Program-made: the position numbers and the translations under genes
In this document: one piece after another, positions 18,661 through 28,582 of the stretch
How the letters are laid out: each line of letters starts with the position of its first letter
Position numbering within the stretch: the first letter of the stretch is position 1
The notes under the pieces: model-generated
The model's database searches: none
The model's input: only the letters and a program-made list of their open reading frames with translations
Told to the model about the DNA's origin: nothing
DNA from: Chitinophagaceae bacterium
GTDB lineage: Bacteria; Bacteroidota; Bacteroidia; Chitinophagales; Chitinophagaceae
DNA: 59,397 bases
Assembly: GCA_017998385.1 (NCBI GenBank)
Contig: JAGODE010000001.1
Span: 26,457-85,853, forward strand
Reading direction: 5' to 3'

Positions 18661-19293
18661 TTGACAAATTTCTTTCAACAGTTCTGGTCAGAGATTTTAC
18701 ACACAGGCTGGCTGGAGTATATTGCTGTACTCAGTGGGTTGGCCAGTGTGTGGTTTAGCCGCAAAGAGAGTATTCTTACCTATCCGGTGGGACTTATCAA
18801 TACTACGTTTTACATCTATATCAGTATAAAAGAACATTTGGCGGGTGAGGCCAGTGTGAATTTCTACTATACGGTAATGAGTCTGTACGGCTGGTATATG
18901 TGGGTCAAAAAAGATGAAAAGAAAGAAAAGATTCTGCATATCAGTTTTTCTAACCGGCGTGACTGGATCAATCAATTGCTATTCTTCGGGGTTGCCTTTG
19001 TGCTGGTATTTCTGGCGCTGGTATATCTCCAAAAATCGTTTTTTCCCGAAGCCATTCCTCCCGGCGATGCTTTTGCTACAGCTACAGCCTTTACCGGTAT
19101 GTGGCTGATGGCGCGTAAGAAAGTGGAAAGCTGGTACTGGTGGATCGCTACCAATATCGCCAGCATTCCGTTATACTTTGTAAAAGGGCTCGCACTTACC
19201 AGTGTTTACTATCTCATACTGCTTGTATTTGCCTTTTGGGGCCTGGCTGCCTGGAAAGCAAAAGCGCAAACCTTATCCGTTCAGCAATCATGA
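18661..19293 (+). CDS. pnuC: Nicotinamide riboside transporter PnuC
   Basis: About 7 TM segments, W/Y-rich. N-terminal WLEYIAVLSGLASVWFSRKESILTYPVGLINT resembles PnuC. TTG start in the track; the start is uncertain. Confidence 0.8.
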   Translation: MTNFFQQFWSEILHTGWLEYIAVLSGLASVWFSRKESILTYPVGLINTTFYIYISIKEHLAGEASVNFYYTVMSLYGWYMWVKKDEKKEKILHISFSNRRDWINQLLFFGVAFVLVFLALVYLQKSFFPEAIPPGDAFATATAFTGMWLMARKKVESWYWWIATNIASIPLYFVKGLALTSVYYLILLVFAFWGLAAWKAKAQTLSVQQS

Positions 19294-20279
19294 ACAGGGG
19301 ACTGGTTTTTGGCAAGTTTATGCCGCTGCATAAAGGCCACCAGGCACTCCTTCATTTTGCGTTGCAGCACTGCGATGAGTTGCTGGTAGTACTTTGCCAT
19401 ACTGCACAGGAACCTATTGGCGGGAGTGTGCGGCTGCAATGGCTAAAAAAATGGGCAGTATCTTATCCTGCAGTCAGTGTAATTGATTTTCCTTACGATG
19501 ACCGGATTCTTCCCAACAGCTCCGTAAGCGATCGTGACGTAGCCCGGCTGTGGTGTGAGGCTTTTCAGCAGCGTTTGCCGGCGTTTTCCCATGTTTTTAC
19601 TTCGGAGCCTTATGGCGATTATATAGCCGAATACCTGCGTATAACACATATCAGTTATGATACAGCCCGCTCGGCCGTGCCTGTATCCGCCACACAGATC
19701 CGAAATAATCCGCTGGCATGCTGGCATTACCTGGCCGATGAGGCGAAACCCTATTTTACCGTCAAAGTGGCTGTTGTGGGCACTGAGTCGACGGGTAAAT
19801 CAATACTAACAAACCGTTTGGCTGAATATTTTCATACGGCATATGTGCCGGAAATGGCGCGTGAAATAGTAGAAAAAACGCTGACCGTTACACCCATACA
19901 TTTACAGGAAATTGCACGGCTGCATGCGCTCACTATACTTGAAACCGTGCCAGCGGCCAACAGAATTTTGTTTGCAGATACCGATCTCATCACGACTCGA
20001 TCATACAGTCAGTTTTTATTCGGCGAAGACCTGGATACAGCTGAATGGATACATACAGCCAACCAGTTTGATCTTTATCTTTTCCTGGAACCAGACTGCC
20101 CGTTTATACAGGATGGTACGCGGCTGGATCAGGATCAGCGGAATATGCTCAGCAGTCATCATCGGGTATATTATGAGACCTGTGGCAGGCCCGTTGTATT
20201 CATTAATGGCGACTGGGAACAACGATTTCGGGATTCGGTAAATAGTATTTACCAGTATTTTCCTGCGCTGCGTGACTAA
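19290..20279 (+). CDS. nadR: NadR-like bifunctional NMN adenylyltransferase / ribosylnicotinamide kinase lacking an HTH domain
   Basis: The ATG at 19290 overlaps the pnuC stop (ATGA). Nucleotidyltransferase motif GKFMPLHKGHQ, then P-loop GTESTGKS. Confidence 0.75.
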   Translation: MNRGLVFGKFMPLHKGHQALLHFALQHCDELLVVLCHTAQEPIGGSVRLQWLKKWAVSYPAVSVIDFPYDDRILPNSSVSDRDVARLWCEAFQQRLPAFSHVFTSEPYGDYIAEYLRITHISYDTARSAVPVSATQIRNNPLACWHYLADEAKPYFTVKVAVVGTESTGKSILTNRLAEYFHTAYVPEMAREIVEKTLTVTPIHLQEIARLHALTILETVPAANRILFADTDLITTRSYSQFLFGEDLDTAEWIHTANQFDLYLFLEPDCPFIQDGTRLDQDQRNMLSSHHRVYYETCGRPVVFINGDWEQRFRDSVNSIYQYFPALRD

Positions 20280-20351
20280 TGCTGCCGGTATTTGCTCAGG
20301 CACTTTTTTTTGAATAACATTACAGGCATTTATGCCGAAAACAGGATTATC

Positions 20352-20909
20352 ATGCTCAAAAAAATTGTCATCCTAGGCCCCGAAAGTACTGGCAAGAGTA
20401 CACTTTCACAACAGCTGGCAGACCATTTTGAAACGTTGTGGTGTCCGGAGTTTGCGCGTGAGTTTCTTCACAGCAACGGCAAAGACTATGCGTATGACGA
20501 TCTCCTCACTATTGCCAAAGGCCAGCTCGCGCTCGAAGACGAGTATGCGGCTAATCTCGAACAGCAATCATTGCCCATGCTGGAAGAGGGCGGGCATCTT
20601 CCGCTTTTTATTGATACAGATATGTATGTAATGAAAGTGTGGTGCGAGTTTGTTTATGGGAAGTGTCATCGTTTTATACTGGATCAGATCGTTGCGCGCA
20701 AATATGATCTTTACCTGTTGTGCCAGACAGATCTGCCCTGGGAGCCCGATGATCTGCGCGAATACCCTGATCCGCATACACGGCGTAAATTATACGCTAT
20801 CTACAAAGACCTGATGGTAAATCAGGATGTGCCGTGGGTAGAAATCGGTGGCACATATGAGGATCGTCTGCAGAAGGCAATCAGGGCCACAGACGCTATT
20901 CTGGGCTAA
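20352..20909 (+). CDS. Stand-alone P-loop ATPase resembling the kinase domain of NadR
   Basis: P-loop GPESTGKST. The segment LWCPEFAREFL parallels AYVPEMAREIV of the upstream gene. Start set at the ATG at 20352. Confidence 0.65.
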   Translation: MLKKIVILGPESTGKSTLSQQLADHFETLWCPEFAREFLHSNGKDYAYDDLLTIAKGQLALEDEYAANLEQQSLPMLEEGGHLPLFIDTDMYVMKVWCEFVYGKCHRFILDQIVARKYDLYLLCQTDLPWEPDDLREYPDPHTRRKLYAIYKDLMVNQDVPWVEIGGTYEDRLQKAIRATDAILG

Positions 20910-21640
20910 CGGGTTTTTGTTGATTTCTTTTTAACCGGCACAGGTTTGCGGCCAATGATTTCCTGAATATCCGGATCGGGCGAGAGGAAGTTCATCTGCT
21001 GTACAATCTGTCTTGAGCGGGCAGCCACATATTTTCCGGGAGGCTTTACTTTATATCGTTTGGGATTGGGAAGACATGCTGCAATAAGTGCACTTTCCTG
21101 TGCGGTAAGCTGGCTGGCTGTTTTGTTGAAATAAATATTTGCAGCGCGTTCTATTCCAAAAATACCTTCGCCCATTTCAACTACATTAAGATATACTTCG
21201 AGGATCCTTTTTTTCCCCCACACCAGCTCGATCATAAAAGTAAAATAGGCTTCGAGACCTTTCCGGATAAAACTGCGCCCCTGCCACAGAAATACGTTTT
21301 TAGCAACCTGCTGGCTGATAGTACTGCCTCCGCGCATGCGCCCGGGTTTTTTTTCATTGTATTCCATGGCCTTTTTGATACTCTTCCAGTCAAAACCGCG
21401 GTGGTCGGCAAAAAGCTGGTCTTCCGATGCAATTACTGCAAGCCCGGCATTGGGCGATATCTCATCGCGATCCACATAATCGCGTTTAAGTCCATGGCCG
21501 CTTACCCAACTTACCAGTTGTGTGATGGTGATAGGGGGATTCACCCACTTGAGCAGCAGGATGTATACAAACTGGGCAATAAAAAGAATGAGGAAGATTC
21601 TTTTTGTCCAGCGCCACAGATTTAAAAAGAAATCTTTCAT
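20906..21640 (-). CDS. mtgA: Monofunctional biosynthetic peptidoglycan transglycosylase
   Basis: GT51 motifs EDQLFADHRGFD and GGSTISQQVAKN, with a single N-terminal TM segment. Confidence 0.9.
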   Translation of the reverse strand: MKDFFLNLWRWTKRIFLILFIAQFVYILLLKWVNPPITITQLVSWVSGHGLKRDYVDRDEISPNAGLAVIASEDQLFADHRGFDWKSIKKAMEYNEKKPGRMRGGSTISQQVAKNVFLWQGRSFIRKGLEAYFTFMIELVWGKKRILEVYLNVVEMGEGIFGIERAANIYFNKTASQLTAQESALIAACLPNPKRYKVKPPGKYVAARSRQIVQQMNFLSPDPDIQEIIGRKPVPVKKKSTKTR

Positions 21641-21682
21641 AGCTGATCAGCGCTGCAATATATAAACTTAATAGCGGGATTA

Positions 21683-22195
21683 CTAAAAAGCACGCTTTCG
21701 CGGCAGGTGAAAATCTATCATCTGCAGGCGGAATTTGCGGCCCATTTTAAACTCCTTTCGCCCAAGCGATAGTTTGCTGGCGATATAATTGATGATCAGT
21801 GGCCCATAGCCAATAACGAGTCCTGCCGTAAGTGCTTCCTTAAAGCTGGCCTGTTTGCTGAGAGTGAGTCCGCCGGTAGTGAGTGCCACACCGCCGGTAA
21901 TGAGCAATAGCTGATTTACCGGAATGTGAAATGACCTGGATTTTTTTGTTTTTACGATGACTGCTTTTACAGATGCCCGCGGTATAGGATGGCCATTTAA
22001 AAAGATCGTATCGTCGCGCAGATGAGTGATGAGGCCGGCAGCAATCGTATCGCCACCGAGGCGCATCATAATGCGATCGCCTTCGGTATAGGTTCTTTTT
22101 TTCTTAAGCCCCTTTTTTACAAACAGGTATCCTGTTTGTGCCTGGGCTATATGCCCTGCCAGCAAAAAAATAAACAGCGTAAGCAGCCGGTTCAT
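21683..22195 (-). CDS. Hypothetical secreted/membrane protein
   Basis: Signal peptide LLAGHIAQAQ and one or two internal hydrophobic segments. No motif recognised. Confidence 0.5.
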   Translation of the reverse strand: MNRLLTLFIFLLAGHIAQAQTGYLFVKKGLKKKRTYTEGDRIMMRLGGDTIAAGLITHLRDDTIFLNGHPIPRASVKAVIVKTKKSRSFHIPVNQLLLITGGVALTTGGLTLSKQASFKEALTAGLVIGYGPLIINYIASKLSLGRKEFKMGRKFRLQMIDFHLPRKRAF

Positions 22196-22248
22196 GTGGC
22201 AAACTTACAAAAGCAGCGCCTGCGAAACTGTTAAATAGCTTTTACAGA

Positions 22249-22875
22249 TTAAAAATAAGTAAGGAGGCCCCAGATGAGGGCAATACCAAAACCAACGAGG
22301 ATGAGTCCGTTTATCTGGTTGATGATATGAATATTGTGCGGAGTGAGCCTGTTTCGGATTTTTCCGGCCAGCATTACCTTGGCGATATCGGCTGCGAGTA
22401 CAATAAGCAGGCAGGTCACGAAGATGATCACCCGTTGCTGTACGGTATGATCAATAAATGTGGTGGAGGTCCCTATCCAGAAAATGAAAATAGCCGGATT
22501 AAGAATATTCATTAAAAAACCGGAAGCAGCAATGCGCGCATAATCGAGATGGCCAAAGCTGACCGGAATTTTTTTACCCTGCTCATTTACCTTCACTTTC
22601 TTAAAGAAAAGCAGGTATATGCCCATGCCAATAAGAAAGATGCTGCCGGCAATACCAATCTCGGTGCGCAGGTTGCTGATACGTTTGAAGACTTCGGTAA
22701 ATACATTGCTGATCAGCACAAGCGCTATATCGCTGGCAGAAACGCCCAGCACAAAAGCCATACCGCCGCGGGGCCCATTATTAATACTCTGCTTGATAAT
22801 AGAAAAGATAACCGGTCCCACTGATATACTCAGCAGAAATCCCAGTGTAACACCTTTTATCAGGGCATCCAGCAT
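22249..22875 (-). CDS. LysE family translocator
   Basis: 208 aa, six hydrophobic segments, with an N-terminal GFLLSISVGPV pattern typical of LysE/RhtB exporters. Confidence 0.75.
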   Translation of the reverse strand: MLDALIKGVTLGFLLSISVGPVIFSIIKQSINNGPRGGMAFVLGVSASDIALVLISNVFTEVFKRISNLRTEIGIAGSIFLIGMGIYLLFFKKVKVNEQGKKIPVSFGHLDYARIAASGFLMNILNPAIFIFWIGTSTTFIDHTVQQRVIIFVTCLLIVLAADIAKVMLAGKIRNRLTPHNIHIINQINGLILVGFGIALIWGLLTYF

Positions 22876-22955
22876 AATTCAGATCATACTACCCGTAGCG
22901 GCATTGGGTTCGTGCCTGTGCTGCATTGGTGCACGTAGCCAGCCCGGGGTTGGGT

Positions 22956-24491
22956 TCAGGTAAGTGTTCCGGTTTCTAAAAATTTGTTCCAGTCTTCCAG
23001 CATTTTCCCTTTCATTACACGGGGAAATTTGTGCTGGCTGCCCAGTTTTCCTTTGAGTTCCATAAAGCGCATAAACTTTTCTTCAGGCAGTACTTCGAGG
23101 AAAACCTGTTTGAGGGCGCTATCGCGTTCTGTGGCATAATCATCATTAAGCCTGCGAAGATGACCATCTATCTGGTTGCGGAGAGCTTCGGCATCTACCG
23201 TATCATTGGAGGCCACATACCATTTATGGGCAAAGAGCCCTTCGTAGGGAAAACCAACTACGGTATATTCGGGAATACTGATATTAAACTCCTCACTTGC
23301 CAGCTCTATCGCCTTATTCATATTCTCCACACTCAGGTGCTCACCCACCAGGCTCAGGAAGTGTTTGGTACGGCCGGTAATCACCACCTCATGTTTTTCC
23401 ATGTCCACAAACTTGATCGTGTCGCCTATGAGGTATCGCCACGCACCGGCATTGGTGCTCATGAGCAATGCATATTCTTTTCCCTGCTCTACTTCATGAA
23501 TCATTTTAGCATCGGGATTGGCTATAATACGGCCATCGCTGTCAAAGTTTTTTTCATCGAAGGGTACAAATTCGAAGAATATATTGTTGTTTAAAATAAG
23601 CTGCATGCCTTTGGCGTGCTCGCGGGTCTTGAATCCGATAAAGCCTTCGCTCGACAGGTAGTTCTCAATATATACGATTGGTCTGCCCAGTAACTTTTCA
23701 AACCCTTTTTTATAAGGTTCAAAGGCAACACCTCCGTGCACAAACACGCCGAAGTTGGGCCATATCTCATGAATATTTTTGACCTTATAATGGGCAATAA
23801 TCATTTCCATACACATCTGGCACCAGGCAGGCACACCTACTATATAACCAATATCCCAGTCGCGCGCATGTTCTACAATTTCATTGAGCTTCTGATTCCA
23901 GTCGCGGATGGCGGCAATACGACCGCCGGGTTTATAGAAAGTCTGAAACCAGAAAGGTCTTTTTTTGGCAAGGATGCCGCTGAGGTCACCGGCATACCAG
24001 CCGGCTTTGCCTTTTTGTAAATCGGTGGCTCCTCCCAGCATTAAAAAACCACGGGTAAGTGCTTTTTTATTTGCTTCTTCATATCCGAACACACTGATCA
24101 GCTGACGTACATAATTGACACGGTTGCTGCGAAGCAGGTCTTTCGTAACGGGGATATATTTACTGGCAGCTTCGGATGTGCCAGAGCTGAGTGCATAGTA
24201 CTTGATTTTGCCCGGCCAGGCTACATCGGGCACTCCATCGAGCGTTTTCTTCCACCATTCTTCATAAATCTTATCATAATCATGCACCGGTACCAGCTCC
24301 TGAAAGCTTTTGCCGGGATGTTTGGTCAGTAATGCCTCGTCAAACCGATAGCGCTGGCCAAATTCGGTAAAGCGGGCTTTCTTCAGCAATTTTTTGAGGA
24401 CACGGATTTGCTGACGCCTTGCATCATTGGGAGGGATGCGGAGGGCTGCCGCGATGGCTTTGGGTATTTTAATATCTATAATTGTGGCCAT
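22956..24491 (-). CDS. GH3 (auxin-responsive promoter) family protein, acyl-adenylate-forming superfamily
   Basis: 511 aa. LSSGTSEAASKYIPV matches the GH3 P-loop-like motif. The overall layout is typical of Bacteroidota GH3 homologs. Confidence 0.8.
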   Translation of the reverse strand: MATIIDIKIPKAIAAALRIPPNDARRQQIRVLKKLLKKARFTEFGQRYRFDEALLTKHPGKSFQELVPVHDYDKIYEEWWKKTLDGVPDVAWPGKIKYYALSSGTSEAASKYIPVTKDLLRSNRVNYVRQLISVFGYEEANKKALTRGFLMLGGATDLQKGKAGWYAGDLSGILAKKRPFWFQTFYKPGGRIAAIRDWNQKLNEIVEHARDWDIGYIVGVPAWCQMCMEMIIAHYKVKNIHEIWPNFGVFVHGGVAFEPYKKGFEKLLGRPIVYIENYLSSEGFIGFKTREHAKGMQLILNNNIFFEFVPFDEKNFDSDGRIIANPDAKMIHEVEQGKEYALLMSTNAGAWRYLIGDTIKFVDMEKHEVVITGRTKHFLSLVGEHLSVENMNKAIELASEEFNISIPEYTVVGFPYEGLFAHKWYVASNDTVDAEALRNQIDGHLRRLNDDYATERDSALKQVFLEVLPEEKFMRFMELKGKLGSQHKFPRVMKGKMLEDWNKFLETGTLT

Positions 24492-24599
24492 GTATAGTAG
24501 GCTGTGAACTGTCTATAAAGTTACGCAATGTTAAGAACGAAACGGTTACGAATATCATATCATTTATAGCCGGTTAAAACCTGCTTTAGATTGTAGCAG

Positions 24600-26564
24600 T
24601 TACCCTCCCAGCATACGATAAGAGGCAAGAATCTGTCGCAGATCAGCCATGGGCTCATAATCACGGGCATACCAGTAATCTAGCATCTGCCTGCTTTCTG
24701 CCGGCAGCACTGCATTGGCTGCTGGTGTAACTCCATTACTGGCCAGTACTGATGGGCGCAGCGCGGGCAGATAAGGCTCCGGCTGTGAATAACCAATCCA
24801 TGTTTTGCGGGCCAACAGTACGAATACGCAGTTGGCTATAAAGTGAAGTGGTTTTTTAATAAAAAAAAGGTGTATTGGAAAAGTAAGCAGCCCCAGTACG
24901 GCCACGGTCACATCTATGAGCCGCTTTAAGCGCCGGTTATAGGGGTTCTGTATGTGGTATCCGTTTTCGCTTGACAGTGCCTCTCCGCTACTGTCTTTCG
25001 AATGACTGCCTACAATACTGTCTGTATGAGGTAAATGGATTTTTATACGGCAATGTTGAGGCAGCTCCGGCAGGGTGGCAATTATTTCTTTCACTGAAAG
25101 TGTACCTCCGGCAATAATTATTTCCCGAAACGGAAGTGTTTTATGCAGTTCATGAACAGCGGGCCAGGTGGCCAGCACATTTGTTTCGCCGGCAGCAAGC
25201 GCAATACGGCCAAGCAGTTGCTGTTCTTTTCCAGCATTTCGCATTAGCTTATCGATCTCCTCAAATTCGGCTGCAGAAGCCGCTACCACAGTGCTGGCAT
25301 GATTTGACTGGGGGCGCACTCCTGACAAGACACCTGTTTTCACCAGTAACCGGCGCAGAATGCTGATAAAGAAAAAAGCCAGCACGGCTCCGAATAATAT
25401 AATGCCACGCGAAAAACGAACCTGCTCCGGCAGCAGAGAGTAGACTGCCAGCACCACTACGGTAGCTACAAGCGTAGACTGTACCAGCTCCGATCTTTTA
25501 TACCATCGATCGTACAGACCCGCATAGTACGCGGCCAGTAGATATACCAGGGTAAATGCGGGAAAGGCGATCCATATTAGCCGATAATCATACCGTGTAT
25601 CTGTTTTTATGTACTCACTCCAGAATCCTTTCATAATCCAGAAAGACAGGAGAATAAGACCGGCATCGATGAGCGGTAAACCAATACGCCTGATAAAACG
25701 GCCGGTTGCAGATAAAGCAGCCCTTAGCCAGATGGCCAGGTGGATGCAAAAATTAAAGAGACTGGCTTTACTTCCGCCATAATGCTTACGCACAAAAAGA
25801 CTCATTGCCGTATAAAACATGCGCACATAGTTCATGCTTCCTTTACGGGTACTTTCGCCTTTGAAGTGAATGATGCTGGTACCGGGATAATAATAATTGG
25901 TATAAAACCCTTTCCCGTTTCCGAGCGGCACTTTTTTTACACGATAGCTAAGATCCACATCTTCACCATACATAAAGAACGTTTCATCAAAGCCCTGTGT
26001 TTTTTCCAGCACTTCATTGCGCAGCAGCATAAATGCGCCGGCAAGTACATCCACTTCATGCGTTTCATGCTCTGCCAGATGGCCAAGATGATAGCGGGCA
26101 AATACAGGGGAGTGTGGAAATAACCTGGCCAGGCCAGACAGCTTAAAGAGCGAGATCCATGGAGATGGAAATGCCCGCTTTGATTCTTTCAGAAAACGGC
26201 CGCTACCATCTATCATACGCACCCCCAGGGCTCCTGCACCGGGATGGGTATCCATAAACTCTGTACAAAGCCGCAAACAGTCTTCGGGGATAAGCGTATC
26301 TGGATTGAGAAAAAGAATGAAACGCCCGCGGGCAGTTCTCCAGCCCTGGTTGCAGGCCCTGGCAAACCCCACATTTTCTTTATTGGCCAGGAACCGAACT
26401 CCCTCAAAACGTTCCTTCAAATAATCAATACTATTGTCTTTAGATGCATTATCAACCACAATCACCTCCCCCTCAACACCCTGCACAGCCTGCAATACAG
26501 AACGGAGGCATTGCTCGAGGAAATGCTTCACATTATAATTGACTATAATAACGGATACATCCAA
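24600..26564 (-). CDS. Family 2 glycosyltransferase fused to a polytopic membrane region
   Basis: N-terminal VSVIIVNYN...VVDNASKD...DED-like GEDVDL, followed by several TM segments and a C-terminal KRLIDV-plus-TM segment. Confidence 0.8.
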   Translation of the reverse strand: MDVSVIIVNYNVKHFLEQCLRSVLQAVQGVEGEVIVVDNASKDNSIDYLKERFEGVRFLANKENVGFARACNQGWRTARGRFILFLNPDTLIPEDCLRLCTEFMDTHPGAGALGVRMIDGSGRFLKESKRAFPSPWISLFKLSGLARLFPHSPVFARYHLGHLAEHETHEVDVLAGAFMLLRNEVLEKTQGFDETFFMYGEDVDLSYRVKKVPLGNGKGFYTNYYYPGTSIIHFKGESTRKGSMNYVRMFYTAMSLFVRKHYGGSKASLFNFCIHLAIWLRAALSATGRFIRRIGLPLIDAGLILLSFWIMKGFWSEYIKTDTRYDYRLIWIAFPAFTLVYLLAAYYAGLYDRWYKRSELVQSTLVATVVVLAVYSLLPEQVRFSRGIILFGAVLAFFFISILRRLLVKTGVLSGVRPQSNHASTVVAASAAEFEEIDKLMRNAGKEQQLLGRIALAAGETNVLATWPAVHELHKTLPFREIIIAGGTLSVKEIIATLPELPQHCRIKIHLPHTDSIVGSHSKDSSGEALSSENGYHIQNPYNRRLKRLIDVTVAVLGLLTFPIHLFFIKKPLHFIANCVFVLLARKTWIGYSQPEPYLPALRPSVLASNGVTPAANAVLPAESRQMLDYWYARDYEPMADLRQILASYRMLGG

Positions 26565-26660
26565 TAATCAATGACTTAAGGCCGCTAAGTAAGACGTTTT
26601 TGCCTAGAGTGCAAAATGAAGAGGCCCCAGAAAACCACCTGATACTGAGCAATTGCTGTT

Positions 26661-26668
26661 TATCTTTG
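26661..26668 (+). promoter_or_regulatory. -7 promoter box TATCTTTG, 3 nt before the start codon
   Basis: Exact TAnnTTTG; the ATG is at 26672. Confidence 0.4.
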
Positions 26669-26671
26669 GGC

Positions 26672-27451
26672 ATGCTTAAATCCACATTGATAGAAGCGAC
26701 CCGGGCCGGGGCCGCCGAAATCCGCAAGTTTTTTAACGGCCAGTTTAAGGTTACTAATAAAGAAGGGATCAACAACCCGGTTACAGAAGCAGACCATGCT
26801 GCAGAAAAAGCAATCCTGGAGGCGATCAAAGCAGCTTATCCGGATCATTATATCCTGAGCGAAGAGGCGGGTGAAATAGTACAGGACAGCCAGTACAAAT
26901 GGATCATTGACCCTATTGACGGCACTATCAACTTTGCGCATGGTGTGCCTCTCAACTGTGTTTCTATTGCAGTGGAATATAATGGAGAAATGATTCTGGG
27001 CGCTGTATATAACCCGCATCTCGAAGAGTTTTTCCTGGCCGAAAAAGGTGCCGGTGCCACGCTAAACGACCAGCCTGTTCATGTGAGCACACAGAACAAA
27101 GCTATTAATGCATGCCTGGTTACTGGTTTTCCTTATACTTATATTAATATGCCCAACGGTCCCCTCGAGGTGTTTGAACGGTTTATCCGCAAAGGAGTAC
27201 CCGTACGCCGCCTCGGCTCTGCAGCCATTGACCTGTGCTGGGTTGCCTGCGGACGTTTTGACGGGTTTTATGAACATAAGCTGGAAGCCTGGGATAGTGC
27301 CGCCGGATTTTTGATGGTGCAGGAAGCGGGTGGTACCGTAACCGATTTTGACGGCAACCCTTTTTCACCCTACCAGCACCGGATACTGGCTACCAATGGC
27401 CGTATACATACAGAAATGCTGGATGTGATCAATCAGCGTAAAGAACTCTGA
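26672..27451 (+). CDS. Inositol monophosphatase family protein
   Basis: Motifs WIIDPIDGTINF and WDSAAG. Confidence 0.85.
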   Translation: MLKSTLIEATRAGAAEIRKFFNGQFKVTNKEGINNPVTEADHAAEKAILEAIKAAYPDHYILSEEAGEIVQDSQYKWIIDPIDGTINFAHGVPLNCVSIAVEYNGEMILGAVYNPHLEEFFLAEKGAGATLNDQPVHVSTQNKAINACLVTGFPYTYINMPNGPLEVFERFIRKGVPVRRLGSAAIDLCWVACGRFDGFYEHKLEAWDSAAGFLMVQEAGGTVTDFDGNPFSPYQHRILATNGRIHTEMLDVINQRKEL

Positions 27452-27534
27452 TCAATCCATTTCGGTCTGTGTAGACCAATGATTAATTTTAGAAGACCAT
27501 CCTGTATGGCCATCGTGTAAAACTTTTGTGTATT

Positions 27535-28563
27535 ATGGAAGAAAGAACAGAAATAAGCTCACTGGGTGAATTTGGCCTCATCGATCACCTGACCAGAAAT
27601 ATTGAACTGCAAAACGCCTCTTCGCTGCTGGGAGTGGGCGATGATGCTGCTGTGATCGATCATTTCGGCAAGCAAACAGTAATCTCTACCGATCTGCTGC
27701 TCGAAGGAGTACATTTTGACCTGATGTATACGCCGCTCAAACACCTGGGCTACAAGAGTGTGATTGTAAACCTGAGCGATATCTATGCTATGAATGCGAT
27801 ACCCACACAGATTACCCTGAGCGTGGGCATCAGCAACCGTTTTAGCCTGCAGGCCCTGGATGAATTCTATGAGGGCGTATATGCAGCCTGCGAGCGATAT
27901 GGAGTAGACCTGATTGGCGGCGATACCAGTTCATCGCAAAAAGGATTTGTCATCTCTGTGACAGCCCTGGGCGAAGTGGCTCCTGACCAGTTTGTAAAAC
28001 GCAGCACTGCCCGAAAGGGAGACCTTATCTGTGTAAGCGGTGACCTGGGAGCGGCCTATGTAGGTCTTCTTTTTCTGGAGCGGGAGAAAAAGATCTTTAT
28101 GGAAAGTCCGGGTGTACAGCCTGACCTCGAAAACGAATCATATGTGATTGGCCGTTTATTAAAACCTGAAGCCCGCCGTGATATCATCGCTTTTTTAGAA
28201 AACAGCGGCATCCGCCCCACAGCCATGATGGATATCAGCGACGGACTGAGTTCCGATCTTTTGCATATTTGTAAACAAAGCAACCTGGGTTGTGTACTGT
28301 ACGAAGAAAAGCTCCCCATTGCCGATGCCATGCGCAATGCTGCCTATAAATTTGAAATAGACCCCACTGCCTGTGCGCTTAGTGGCGGCGAAGATTACGA
28401 ACTGCTGTTTACTATAGCGCAGGAAGATTATGAAAAGATGACACTGCAGGAAGAGATAAGTGTGGTAGGTTATATGACCGCACCCGAAGAAGGTTCACAT
28501 ATACTTACCAAAGGAGGCAATAAACATGCCCTTATTGCGCAGGGCTGGAATCATTTGAAATAA
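27535..28563 (+). CDS. thiL: Thiamine-monophosphate kinase
   Basis: GEFGLIDHL, GVGDDAAVI and IGGDTS are AIR-synthase-related ThiL motifs. Confidence 0.9.
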   Translation: MEERTEISSLGEFGLIDHLTRNIELQNASSLLGVGDDAAVIDHFGKQTVISTDLLLEGVHFDLMYTPLKHLGYKSVIVNLSDIYAMNAIPTQITLSVGISNRFSLQALDEFYEGVYAACERYGVDLIGGDTSSSQKGFVISVTALGEVAPDQFVKRSTARKGDLICVSGDLGAAYVGLLFLEREKKIFMESPGVQPDLENESYVIGRLLKPEARRDIIAFLENSGIRPTAMMDISDGLSSDLLHICKQSNLGCVLYEEKLPIADAMRNAAYKFEIDPTACALSGGEDYELLFTIAQEDYEKMTLQEEISVVGYMTAPEEGSHILTKGGNKHALIAQGWNHLK

Positions 28564-28582
28564 TCGAAACCCTGGCCAGCCC

